A stretch of 39,861 nt of DNA, from positions 1 to 39,861 of the IMG/VR virus record IMGVR_UViG_3300048583_000181; one strand, written 5' to 3'. Shown here piece after piece: positions 6,115-12,675 of the stretch. The stretch is from a virus. Both the position numbers and the translations under genes were made by a program. The notes under the pieces were generated by a model, which was given only the letters and a program-made list of their open reading frames with translations, searched no databases and had not been told where the DNA came from. The stretch's first letter is position 1. Each line of letters opens with the position of its first letter.

Positions 6115-6294
6115 ATGAAAATCTATAAGTGGTATTTCGGGGCTTCTGAAGGCATTTGCCGATCAACCGAAGCCGCAATGAAAGAAAAATCAATGCAATA
6201 CGCCCGCTCCTGCCTGGCAAAAGGTATCCCACTTTCGGAAATTAAGGCTTGTTATACCCCCGTGCAAATGCGCCAACCTCCAGTATCGATGTAA
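6115..6294 (+). CDS. Hypothetical early protein (59 aa); its TAA stop abuts hammerhead 1
   Basis: Manual translation: MKIYKWYFGASEGICRSTEAAMKEKSMQYARSCLAKGIPLSEIKACYTPVQMRQPPVSM. GGGGA lies 9 nt upstream. It falls below the 60-aa cutoff of the ORF track. Confidence 0.55.
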   Translation: MKIYKWYFGASEGICRSTEAAMKEKSMQYARSCLAKGIPLSEIKACYTPVQMRQPPVSM

Positions 6295-6346
6295 GGACGA
6301 AACCCGCTTCAGCGGGTCATCCGGTAACGCCGGGTCTGATGAGTCC
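6295..6346 (+). ncRNA. Type II hammerhead self-cleaving ribozyme (HHR1)
   Basis: Stem II is open: GGAC 6295..6298 pairs with GUCC 6343..6346. GAAA core at 6299..6302. Stem III: CCGC/GCGG with loop UUCA, plus the C6303-G6316 and A6302-U6317 pairs. The cleavage triplet is GUC, ending at 6318. Stem I is 6 bp (6319..6324 with 6330..6335) with loop UAACG. CUGAUGA at 6336..6342. A G10.1-C11.1 pair is present. Confidence 0.9.
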
Positions 6347-6692
6347 ATCAGTTACTGCTATTAGGGAGCCGATCACGCCAACCCCGCACAACCAGCGTAA
6401 AACCCCCGGCACACAGGGGGTAAAACTCAACGCCGATGAAGAAGATGCTATTCGCCTAATCTGCCCAGCGGTCTATCGTCAATTTGTCTTATACGACTCA
6501 CCATCAAAAGTCGCCCTGCAGTCAAAAGCGCTCGAAATAACCGAAGCCCGGCTGGTCGAATTGATCGAACGGCACAAGGAAAAACAAGCCCGCCACACGA
6601 CCCAGCTCTACGGCCCCAATCACCCGCAGTCTTGGGAAAACCTCTATTCCCCCGCAATCAAAATGCTGCGGGAAATGGGGATTGCGAAGTAA
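6339..6692 (+). CDS. Hypothetical early protein; start codon uncertain
   Basis: The frame is open from 6249, but the 5' part overlaps HHR1. The first in-frame ATG (6339) is the AUG of the CUGAUGA core. A TAGGGAG word (6362..6368) is followed by in-frame ATC and ACG but no ATG. The TAA stop (6690..6692) abuts HHR2. Confidence 0.55.
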   Translation: MSPSVTAIREPITPTPHNQRKTPGTQGVKLNADEEDAIRLICPAVYRQFVLYDSPSKVALQSKALEITEARLVELIERHKEKQARHTTQLYGPNHPQSWENLYSPAIKMLREMGIAK

Positions 6693-6750
6693 GGACGAAA
6701 CGGGCAGCGGTATTGCCCGTCCAGTGGTATTTTCCACTGCTGATGAGTCC
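6693..6750 (+). ncRNA. Type II hammerhead self-cleaving ribozyme (HHR2)
   Basis: GGAC 6693..6696 pairs with GUCC 6747..6750. GAAAC at 6697..6701. Stem III: GGGCA/UGCCC with loop GCGGUAU. The GUC triplet ends at 6721. Stem I: CAGUGG/CCACUG with loop UAUUUU. CUGAUGA at 6740..6746. Confidence 0.92.
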
Positions 6751-6770
6751 AAACACAGGGAGATAGCACA

Positions 6771-6968
6771 ATGACCACCTTTCGCGCAGTTCTGATAAAG
6801 ACAGAAAACAATACGGGCAAGACAACCGGCGAAGTCGTCACGTCGGTTCTCAAGACCGTCGGGCCATGGCAACAGACTTTGATCGGCGCGATCGAAGCTT
6901 GCAAGGCAACGTGGAAACGGGATTTTCCGCAGACCAACTACCGCGAAGCCCAGGATTTTTTCTGGTAG
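6771..6968 (+). CDS. Hypothetical early protein (65 aa)
   Basis: ORF track entry. GGGAG lies 9 nt upstream of the ATG. The ORF sits between HHR2 and HHR3. Confidence 0.7.
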   Translation: MTTFRAVLIKTENNTGKTTGEVVTSVLKTVGPWQQTLIGAIEACKATWKRDFPQTNYREAQDFFW

Positions 6969-7007
6969 TCCAGCGATGATCTTACCCAAAGCCACCACGT
7001 TCAATAA

Positions 7008-7059
7008 AAGCGAAACCGGCGTCAGCCGGTCGGTCGGTATCGCCGGCCCTGATGAGCTT
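7008..7059 (+). ncRNA. Type II hammerhead self-cleaving ribozyme (HHR3)
   Basis: AAGC 7008..7011 pairs with GCUU 7056..7059. GAAAC at 7012..7016. Stem III: CGGC/GCCG with loop GUCA. The GUC triplet ends at 7031. Stem I is 6 bp (7032..7037 with 7043..7048, including one G-U pair) with loop UAUCG. CUGAUGA at 7049..7055. Confidence 0.88.
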
Positions 7060-7090
7060 AATCGTCGGTTTTCCACCAGGAGTCAATTTA

Positions 7091-7318
7091 ATGGCTAAGA
7101 ATATCGCAAAGTCAAAAGGCAACACCGCCCGTCGCTCGGCGCAACGCAATAAAGGGCTGCCCGGCGGAGTCGTCAATCTTCACGGGAAGAACACCTTGCC
7201 CAGCCTCGAAAAGATGCTGGCCAATTCCACTTCTCTCTCCGACCTCGTTCGCAAACTTCGCCTTGCCCGGCGTTGGAAAGTCTTGCCAAAAGCAGCAACC
7301 GGGCGGGGGATGGAATAA
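7091..7318 (+). CDS. Hypothetical small basic protein (75 aa)
   Basis: I moved the start to the ATG at 7091 (MAKNIAKSKGNTARR), with AGGAG 7 nt upstream. The track start at 7052 is the AUG inside the HHR3 core. Confidence 0.75.
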   Translation: MAKNIAKSKGNTARRSAQRNKGLPGGVVNLHGKNTLPSLEKMLANSTSLSDLVRKLRLARRWKVLPKAATGRGME

Positions 7319-7521
7319 TGAAGACTTATTGGGGCGCCCGTATCCGCCGGGCTGATTCCAAATTCATTCGCCTTCTCCGCAGCCTGCCCGTCACATATCG
7401 CTATGTCTGGGCAGTTCGCATTGGCAATGACTGGACAACCTACTGCGTCATCGCCCGCCACAATCCATACTCCGCGCGCGGAAAGGCCCGGCAGTATGAT
7501 CTGACAAATCCGCTTGTTTGA
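7318..7521 (+). CDS. Hypothetical protein (67 aa)
   Basis: TAATG stop/start overlap with the previous gene. Begins MKTYWGARIRR. Confidence 0.7.
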   Translation: MKTYWGARIRRADSKFIRLLRSLPVTYRYVWAVRIGNDWTTYCVIARHNPYSARGKARQYDLTNPLV

Positions 7522-7537
7522 TTGGAAGGAAATCACT

Positions 7538-7774
7538 ATGCCCCGTCCTCTCTACCGCATCGCCGCTGACATTCGCGCAGACTGGCAACCGCTCTCCCCG
7601 CACGCCAGACCCTACATCATGGCGATGGGGGAGCTCGTCAACATCCACGACAGTTATGGCGCTGATTCGGCCAAATCAATCGTCCTCTACTTCCTCTCCA
7701 ACGCCGGGACATGGAAAGGGCAAACCGCCCGGACAATCAAGGCGGAATTGAAATCTCTTGCAGGAGTTCGTTAA
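7538..7774 (+). CDS. Hypothetical protein (78 aa)
   Basis: ATG at 7538 preceded by GGAAGGAAA. Begins MPRPLYRIAADIRADW. Confidence 0.75.
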   Translation: MPRPLYRIAADIRADWQPLSPHARPYIMAMGELVNIHDSYGADSAKSIVLYFLSNAGTWKGQTARTIKAELKSLAGVR

Positions 7775-8098
7775 ATGACGGAAATCGTAATCAACAGCTG
7801 CTATGGCGGCTTCGGGCTTTCCGATACAGCAATTCTCGAAATGCGAAAACTCGCCGGACATTGGGGGATTACCCCGTCCCTCTCCGTCGAAGCGCGTTGG
7901 GAAAATTATTTCCCCTCCCGCGATGTCAGTCGTGACTCGCCGATCCTTATTGCCGCCGTCAAAGCAATCGGCGGGAAGAAAGCATCTGGCCCCGGCGCCA
8001 GTCTCAAAATCGTCACCATCCCTGACGATGTGAAGTGGCAGATCGAAGATTATGATGGACTGGAATGGGTGGCAGAAGCCCATCGGATTTGGGGTTAA
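7775..8098 (+). CDS. Hypothetical protein (107 aa)
   Basis: ORF track entry, tightly packed after the previous stop. Confidence 0.8.
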   Translation: MTEIVINSCYGGFGLSDTAILEMRKLAGHWGITPSLSVEARWENYFPSRDVSRDSPILIAAVKAIGGKKASGPGASLKIVTIPDDVKWQIEDYDGLEWVAEAHRIWG

Positions 8099-8102
8099 TA
8101 AA

Positions 8103-8477
8103 ATGTCCAAGCCCAACACCCGCGAGGACGCAATCTTCCTCTCCCTCTGGCGGCGCGCGGGGCTTGACAACCCCCCGCCACCTATCACCCTCTCCAGCCA
8201 TTCCCTGGCAATCTCCGTCCGGGCGAAACTTTTCCGCGTCATCAAGCCCTACCGCGCTGGTCGGCTCGAGGACGCCGAATTGCTGATGGCCGCGGAAAAC
8301 TGGACAGTCGCCGTCAACGACTGCACAATCACCTTCGTCCGCAAAGTCACGCAAGCTGCAGCGGAAGAAATTGCCGCTCTGCTCGGCCTGACCGAAGCCG
8401 ATATTATGTCGCCGGAAGAAAAAGCTTCCGCCGATCGAATGGCGGCGATGCTCAGCAATCTTAAAGACAAGGAATAA
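8103..8477 (+). CDS. Hypothetical protein (124 aa)
   Basis: Internal ATG at 8103 (MSKPNTRED), directly after the upstream stop. Confidence 0.75.
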   Translation: MSKPNTREDAIFLSLWRRAGLDNPPPPITLSSHSLAISVRAKLFRVIKPYRAGRLEDAELLMAAENWTVAVNDCTITFVRKVTQAAAEEIAALLGLTEADIMSPEEKASADRMAAMLSNLKDKE

Positions 8478-8481
8478 AGCG

Positions 8482-8655
8482 ATGAAAAAGGAAAACATTA
8501 TCACGGGTAAACGAAGAGACAGTCTAACAGCCGAAGAAAAAAGGATATTGCGAAACGCTCTGCACACCGAAGCTTGTTTAAGCGGTAACTATACTGCAGG
8601 CACCGCTATTCGTGTTAAACTCGGCCTTGCCGCGCTTGCTTTTGAAAAGGAATAA
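8482..8655 (+). CDS. Hypothetical protein (57 aa)
   Basis: Manual translation: MKKENIITGKRRDSLTAEEKRILRNALHTEACLSGNYTAGTAIRVKLGLAALAFEKE. It fills the gap between neighbouring genes. Confidence 0.55.
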   Translation: MKKENIITGKRRDSLTAEEKRILRNALHTEACLSGNYTAGTAIRVKLGLAALAFEKE

Positions 8656-8659
8656 CTCC

Positions 8660-8977
8660 ATGCCCTCCTGGACTGCCCCCGGCAAATCCCCTGCCCTCTT
8701 CCCCGCCGCCTATGCAGAGGCTGTGCAAACAGCTGCGCGCGAAGAAGGCCGAGAAATCCCTCTTCCTTTTTTCCACACTTCCCACGACGCTGCCCGCGCT
8801 CGAGCAGAAGATTTTCGCTATTGGCGGTTTTCCCTTAGACATTTCACTTCTGGTCGCGGGTATGAAGTGGAAATTACCAAGTCGATCAAGACCAAAATCA
8901 TTCAAACGGATGACCTCTGGCGGGTTATGGTGATTGTGCGCCCGCGACTGGAACAGCTGCTCGCCGCACTCGATTAG
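8660..8977 (+). CDS. Hypothetical protein (105 aa)
   Basis: ATG at 8660 preceded by AAAAGGAA. Confidence 0.75.
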   Translation: MPSWTAPGKSPALFPAAYAEAVQTAAREEGREIPLPFFHTSHDAARARAEDFRYWRFSLRHFTSGRGYEVEITKSIKTKIIQTDDLWRVMVIVRPRLEQLLAALD

Positions 8978-9006
8978 GCGCGACTATCCCCGATCATACG
9001 GCCATC

Positions 9007-9046
9007 ATGCCGCCCCCGGTGACGTATCGGGGGCGGCATTATTATA
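9007..9046 (+). terminator. Rho-independent terminator
   Basis: 12-bp stem ATGCCGCCCCCG/CGGGGGCGGCAT with a 9-nt loop, followed by TATTATA. Confidence 0.65.
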
Positions 9047-9067
9047 CGCGGCGCGCGACATCGCCTA

Positions 9068-9096
9068 TTGCACCGCCCCTCGCCCTATGCGACTAT
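9068..9096 (+). promoter_or_regulatory. Candidate promoter: TTGCAC-N17-GACTAT, with a TG extension
   Basis: TTGCAC at 9068..9073 and TGCGACTATAAA at 9088..9099. It has the same -35 word as the early promoter. Confidence 0.4.
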
Positions 9097-9162
9097 AAAT
9101 AGGCCGTTCAAAACGGCCAAGGGCAACCCCGCCCCGCATCACCAGACACTGGAGACTTTTCA

Positions 9163-9771
9163 ATGGCAACCGAAACTGTCCGAACCCCCATCACCATGAC
9201 TGATGGCCGGGTCGTTGAATTTACCACCAAGCAAAAGCTCGTCAAGACCACTTCGATCGTCGATGGCGTCGTCAGCGTCCAGCTCGATTTCCGCAACGGC
9301 GCGACCCGCTCCTTCACCATCCCCGAAGCCATGATCCTGCAGTTCGCTGGTCACGGTGCCGAGCAGAAGCTCGGCGATGTCACCGCCGGTGAAGATACCG
9401 TCGAGGATGGCGTGGAAGCCCTCGATGATCTGATTGCCCGTCTCAACGCTGGCGAATGGTCGGTCAAGCGTCAGGCCGGTGCCTTCGCCGGTCAGTCCGT
9501 CCTCATCCAGGCCCTCTGCGAAGCGTCGGGCAAGCCGGTGGACGAAATCCGCGCTTACCTGTCCACCAAGACGGCGGCGGAAAAGACTGCCCTGCGCAAG
9601 ACCAATGCCCTCGCGCCGATCATCGCCCGCATCGAAGCGGCGAAGCCGAAGAAGGTTTCCACCGTCGATACCGCCTCGCTGCTTGCTGATCTCGGCGTCG
9701 GCCCGGCAGTCAATCCGGACGAGGACACTTCGGATCCGACGGCTGCCGTCACCGGCAAGCGCGGCAAGTAA
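9163..9771 (+). CDS. Hypothetical protein (202 aa); paralog of 5190..5750. Looks like a monocistronic unit.
   Basis: GGAGA RBS. Flanked by a terminator and promoter upstream and a terminator downstream. Shares motif blocks with 5190..5750. Confidence 0.85.
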   Translation: MATETVRTPITMTDGRVVEFTTKQKLVKTTSIVDGVVSVQLDFRNGATRSFTIPEAMILQFAGHGAEQKLGDVTAGEDTVEDGVEALDDLIARLNAGEWSVKRQAGAFAGQSVLIQALCEASGKPVDEIRAYLSTKTAAEKTALRKTNALAPIIARIEAAKPKKVSTVDTASLLADLGVGPAVNPDEDTSDPTAAVTGKRGK

Positions 9772-9788
9772 TCCCGCCCCCTGGGATA

Positions 9789-9844
9789 GAGGAGCGAAGT
9801 TCCCCGTAGTCGGCTCCCCTGCGATGCGCTGAGCGTCGCTCCTC
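9789..9844 (+). other. Structured 3' UTR element closed by a 9-bp stem
   Basis: GAGGAGCGA (9789..9797) pairs with TCGCTCCTC (9836..9844). It lies just upstream of the terminator. Confidence 0.3.
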
Positions 9845-9849
9845 CGAAG

Positions 9850-9885
9850 CCCCTGGCAGCCAAGTGTTGCCGGGGGTTTTTGTTT
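9850..9885 (+). terminator. Rho-independent terminator
   Basis: CCCCTGGCA pairs with TGCCGGGGG (one G-U pair), followed by TTTTTGTTT. Confidence 0.8.
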
Positions 9886-9903
9886 GGGGGCTGAATAAAC
9901 TAT

Positions 9904-9942
9904 TTGCAATCCCCGCGGGAATATGCCACTATATCCCCACGG
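9904..9942 (+). promoter_or_regulatory. Candidate promoter TTGCAA-N17-CACTAT, embedded in an imperfect CCGCGGG.../...CCCCACGG inverted repeat
   Basis: TTGCAA at 9904..9909 and CACTAT at 9927..9932. The arms CCGCGGGAATAT (9913..9924) and ATATCCCCACGG (9931..9942) pair at 10 of 12 positions. Confidence 0.4.
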
Positions 9943-9974
9943 TCAATCACGACCGCTTATCGGGAGCCACCTTA

Positions 9975-10511
9975 ATGACTGCACCAGCTATCGGTTTCGA
10001 CGACTTCCTCGCTTCCCTCGACGCAGCAATTGCGCCCGTCACAGCGAAGACCAAGCTCGAAGCTCGCAAAGACACCATCGCCAAACAGATGAAAGACCGG
10101 AAAGTCAGCGAACGGGAAAAAGCCTCTCTCCGCGACGAACTCTCCGCTATCTCCACTCAGATCGAAGAAATGCGCTGGCAGACCAAAGCCAACGTCGCGC
10201 TGATGGTCTATCAATCTTGCGCGTGTGGGCAGACTCATACATTCTTCGAACATCTCATGCGGCGACAGGTCACCGTCCAGCTCACCCCCAATTCGCCGAA
10301 GGTCGAACGCTGGCAACGGGTCGATCATCTACTGGCAGATTTCCCCAACGAAGTCATGTATCGCTTCCGTTCCGTTGCCCACTGTGCGACCTGCATCCCG
10401 CTGGCGGGATTCGACTTGGCAAATGGTAACGTCCGTATCGCCGACCAAGGCAATAACATCCACATCCCCCTGGCCGAGTTCATCGCCCAGATCAATGAGG
10501 ATAAACTCTAA
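9975..10511 (+). CDS. Hypothetical protein (178 aa) with a CxC...CxxC cysteine pattern
   Basis: ATG at 9975 preceded by GGGAG. Contains SCACGQTH and HCATCIP. Confidence 0.75.
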   Translation: MTAPAIGFDDFLASLDAAIAPVTAKTKLEARKDTIAKQMKDRKVSEREKASLRDELSAISTQIEEMRWQTKANVALMVYQSCACGQTHTFFEHLMRRQVTVQLTPNSPKVERWQRVDHLLADFPNEVMYRFRSVAHCATCIPLAGFDLANGNVRIADQGNNIHIPLAEFIAQINEDKL

Positions 10512-10693
10512 TGCCCCGTCCCAAGCACATCGACCCGCCAGTCGAATTCGTCGTCTCCATGCCGAAGTCCATCTTCGACGAGATGCAGACGAAACTTCAT
10601 TCCGAAGCCGTCAATCGTGTGCCAACTGGCCTGCGGTCAAAAGTCATCGCCCAACTCGTCCGTAACTGGATGGCCAACCAGAAGGGAAATTAA
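10511..10693 (+). CDS. Hypothetical small protein (60 aa), possibly a ribbon-helix-helix protein
   Basis: TAATG overlap with the upstream gene. The short beta-then-helix pattern (EFVVSMPKSIFDEMQTKL) only loosely resembles an RHH fold. Confidence 0.6.
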   Translation: MPRPKHIDPPVEFVVSMPKSIFDEMQTKLHSEAVNRVPTGLRSKVIAQLVRNWMANQKGN

Positions 10694-10694
10694 A

Positions 10695-11018
10695 ATGCTT
10701 CAACCCGAAATCCTCACCCGCGCTCGAGAAGCGTTGATTAAAGCCAGCGACAATCTACCGGAAGGTTACATCAGTGACATTCGGGCCGGTGACTGGGATC
10801 ATTCCGAAGGCATTGTTTCTTGCCTACACTTCGCCGAAGGGCTGAAGTTTCCACTTTCCTCAATCCAACCACCGACACCACGTTTGGCCGCTGCGCGGCA
10901 ATGGGCAGCGGGGAGACTGGAATCAAATGGGCTTTCCGGCGAAGCTGCAGATGTATTGGCTGGGAAGATGGATTGGCAACCGCTGGTTGTAGCCTTCCTG
11001 GCCGGGGCAAGTGCATGA
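10695..11018 (+). CDS. Hypothetical protein (107 aa)
   Basis: ATG at 10695, 2 nt after the upstream stop. Confidence 0.75.
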   Translation: MLQPEILTRAREALIKASDNLPEGYISDIRAGDWDHSEGIVSCLHFAEGLKFPLSSIQPPTPRLAAARQWAAGRLESNGLSGEAADVLAGKMDWQPLVVAFLAGASA

Positions 11019-11040
11019 CGCGGTGCAACGAGGAGGGAGA

Positions 11041-11244
11041 ATGATGACGGAACCGATGGCTTTTCCAATGGGAAATCCGACGCACGGCGGCTATAACGGC
11101 ATGACCTTGCGCGACTATTTTGCGAGGCAGATTATCGCGGCGATTATCACGAGCCGCGACGGGCATACGCCGACGGCATGGGCGCAGGCGGCTTACGACG
11201 TTACTGACGCCATGCTCGCCGCCCGCCAGGAGCCTTCCGCATGA
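11041..11244 (+). CDS. Hypothetical protein (67 aa)
   Basis: ATG at 11041 preceded by GAGGAGGGAGA. Confidence 0.7.
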   Translation: MMTEPMAFPMGNPTHGGYNGMTLRDYFARQIIAAIITSRDGHTPTAWAQAAYDVTDAMLAARQEPSA

Positions 11245-11420
11245 CCGCGCTCAACAAGGCGGGGCTGGTGGCGCTGGCAACGAACCGCGAGCGGGCGCAA
11301 GAGTTAGCCAAAACCATGCGATGCAACTGTGACCTTGATAACTGGGAGCCAGAGCGTTCGACCGGCCACAGTTGGGTTTGCCGTATCCACAAGGCCGCAA
11401 TCGCAGCAGGCCAGCCATGA
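11241..11420 (+). CDS. Hypothetical protein (59 aa)
   Basis: Manual translation: MTALNKAGLVALATNRERAQELAKTMRCNCDLDNWEPERSTGHSWVCRIHKAAIAAGQP. ATGA overlaps at both ends. Confidence 0.6.
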   Translation: MTALNKAGLVALATNRERAQELAKTMRCNCDLDNWEPERSTGHSWVCRIHKAAIAAGQP

Positions 11421-11764
11421 CCGCGCCGACTTATGCCCAGATCGAGCAGGCAGAGCGCGACCTGTTGAGCTTGCGATGGGCCTATCTCAAGCGTTGGGGC
11501 TGGGAGCATACTTGCCACAACCCCGGCTCATATTGGCTTTGGCGGCGGGACTGGACTTCTGACGACGAAGCAGCACTGGCGCGCTGGCATGAACGAAACG
11601 CCAAGCGTGAAGCTGAGCGTATTGAGCACGGCCACCCCTACACACCGAATAGCCCAACTCCGCCGCAGCCTTACGGCATGGCATGTGTTCCAATGGACAT
11701 TGCAATTCAGATGACGTTGCGGACGCTCGACGATCGGCCAGAACTAGGAGACTGTGATGACTGA
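11417..11764 (+). CDS. Hypothetical protein (115 aa)
   Basis: ATGA overlap with the upstream gene. Begins MTAPTYAQIEQAERD. Confidence 0.75.
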   Translation: MTAPTYAQIEQAERDLLSLRWAYLKRWGWEHTCHNPGSYWLWRRDWTSDDEAALARWHERNAKREAERIEHGHPYTPNSPTPPQPYGMACVPMDIAIQMTLRTLDDRPELGDCDD

Positions 11765-12110
11765 CGCCATGACGACGCCGATGAGTGATGAACTGATTCG
11801 CCGCTTGCGAACGCCGCATCGTCGAGCTGCCCGAATGATCGTGTTCGCATTCCTGGCAGCGCGGTTTGATCATGCACGAATTGACATCGAGCTCGACAAC
11901 AAACCTGCCAATTTTGAAGATTTCGACAGAGGTTGGGCAACGGTTTCGGGCGTCGAGGTGCCCTTTCGCATCGTGATTCGACCCGACGCGCTACGCGGGT
12001 TGCGATTAGTCGGTTTCGCCTTTGTACGATCAGCGAAGCAGCTGAGCCCGGCCCAAAGATTGGGGCTGTCTCTCATCGCTGACAGCAGAATGGCGAGGCC
12101 GACCGCGTGA
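11757..12110 (+). CDS. Hypothetical protein (117 aa)
   Basis: GGAG lies 6 nt upstream of the ATG at 11757. Confidence 0.75.
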   Translation: MTDAMTTPMSDELIRRLRTPHRRAARMIVFAFLAARFDHARIDIELDNKPANFEDFDRGWATVSGVEVPFRIVIRPDALRGLRLVGFAFVRSAKQLSPAQRLGLSLIADSRMARPTA

Positions 12111-12147
12111 TCGCGCGCCTGACCGAAGTCGATTGCGAGGAGGTGGC

Positions 12148-12675
12148 GTGACCCCTTTAGCGCACGCGATTATGGCCGAACTTGGTCAACCATTGAAGCG
12201 TCGTCGTTTCAACGACGTTGCGTCTGTGAGACCCAAAATGGAGGACTTCCACTGCTTTGAGGTTACCGCTGTCTATGATCTAGCGCTCGATCTGGCAAAA
12301 CGGATGGCTCAAAGCGAAGTGCCTGATTTGGCCGCTTTCCTTCCTGCTCCGCGCACATGGCTGGAATTTGCCGATGAGACTGGCCGTGTTGGCCTGTTTT
12401 TAGAAAAGCGAAGCGCCGGCAAACAATGTCACATCACGGTCTGCGCCCGAAATGACGGTAGCTTTGGCTCAAGATCGGCGATAATGCTGAATCTGTATGG
12501 TGAGCGCCAAACAGTGTTGATCTCGAATGACACACCTCAGGTAACGCCAGTATTTGGGATGATCATCTTTGCATTTCTTGCCATGATAAACAGCCCGCGA
12601 GTTATCGGGCGGAAACAGCACGCTCCGCACGCAGGGCTGGAAAGAAATACCTCTGGCGGGAGTTCTGGCAGCTGA
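12148..12675 (+). CDS. Hypothetical protein (175 aa); the 3' end may be affected by the adjacent helicase remnant
   Basis: GTG start at 12148 after GAGGAGG. The last roughly 48 codons overlap a second open frame that carries helicase motif VI. Confidence 0.6.
   Translation: MTPLAHAIMAELGQPLKRRRFNDVASVRPKMEDFHCFEVTAVYDLALDLAKRMAQSEVPDLAAFLPAPRTWLEFADETGRVGLFLEKRSAGKQCHITVCARNDGSFGSRSAIMLNLYGERQTVLISNDTPQVTPVFGMIIFAFLAMINSPRVIGRKQHAPHAGLERNTSGGSSGS

Noticed and set aside
6522-7076. 184-aa and 97-aa minus-strand ORFs spanning the hammerhead region.
   Set aside because: They are antisense to three RBS-preceded plus-strand ORFs, have no RBS of their own, and give low-complexity translations.
7052-7090. 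The ORF-track start at 7052 for gene 7052..7318, and similarly the frame open from 6249 across HHR1.
   Set aside because: The 7052 ATG is the AUG of the HHR3 CUGAUGA core, whereas an AGGAG-preceded ATG lies at 7091. The 6249 start would require translating through the whole HHR1 structure and overlaps the better-supported upstream ORF 6115..6294.
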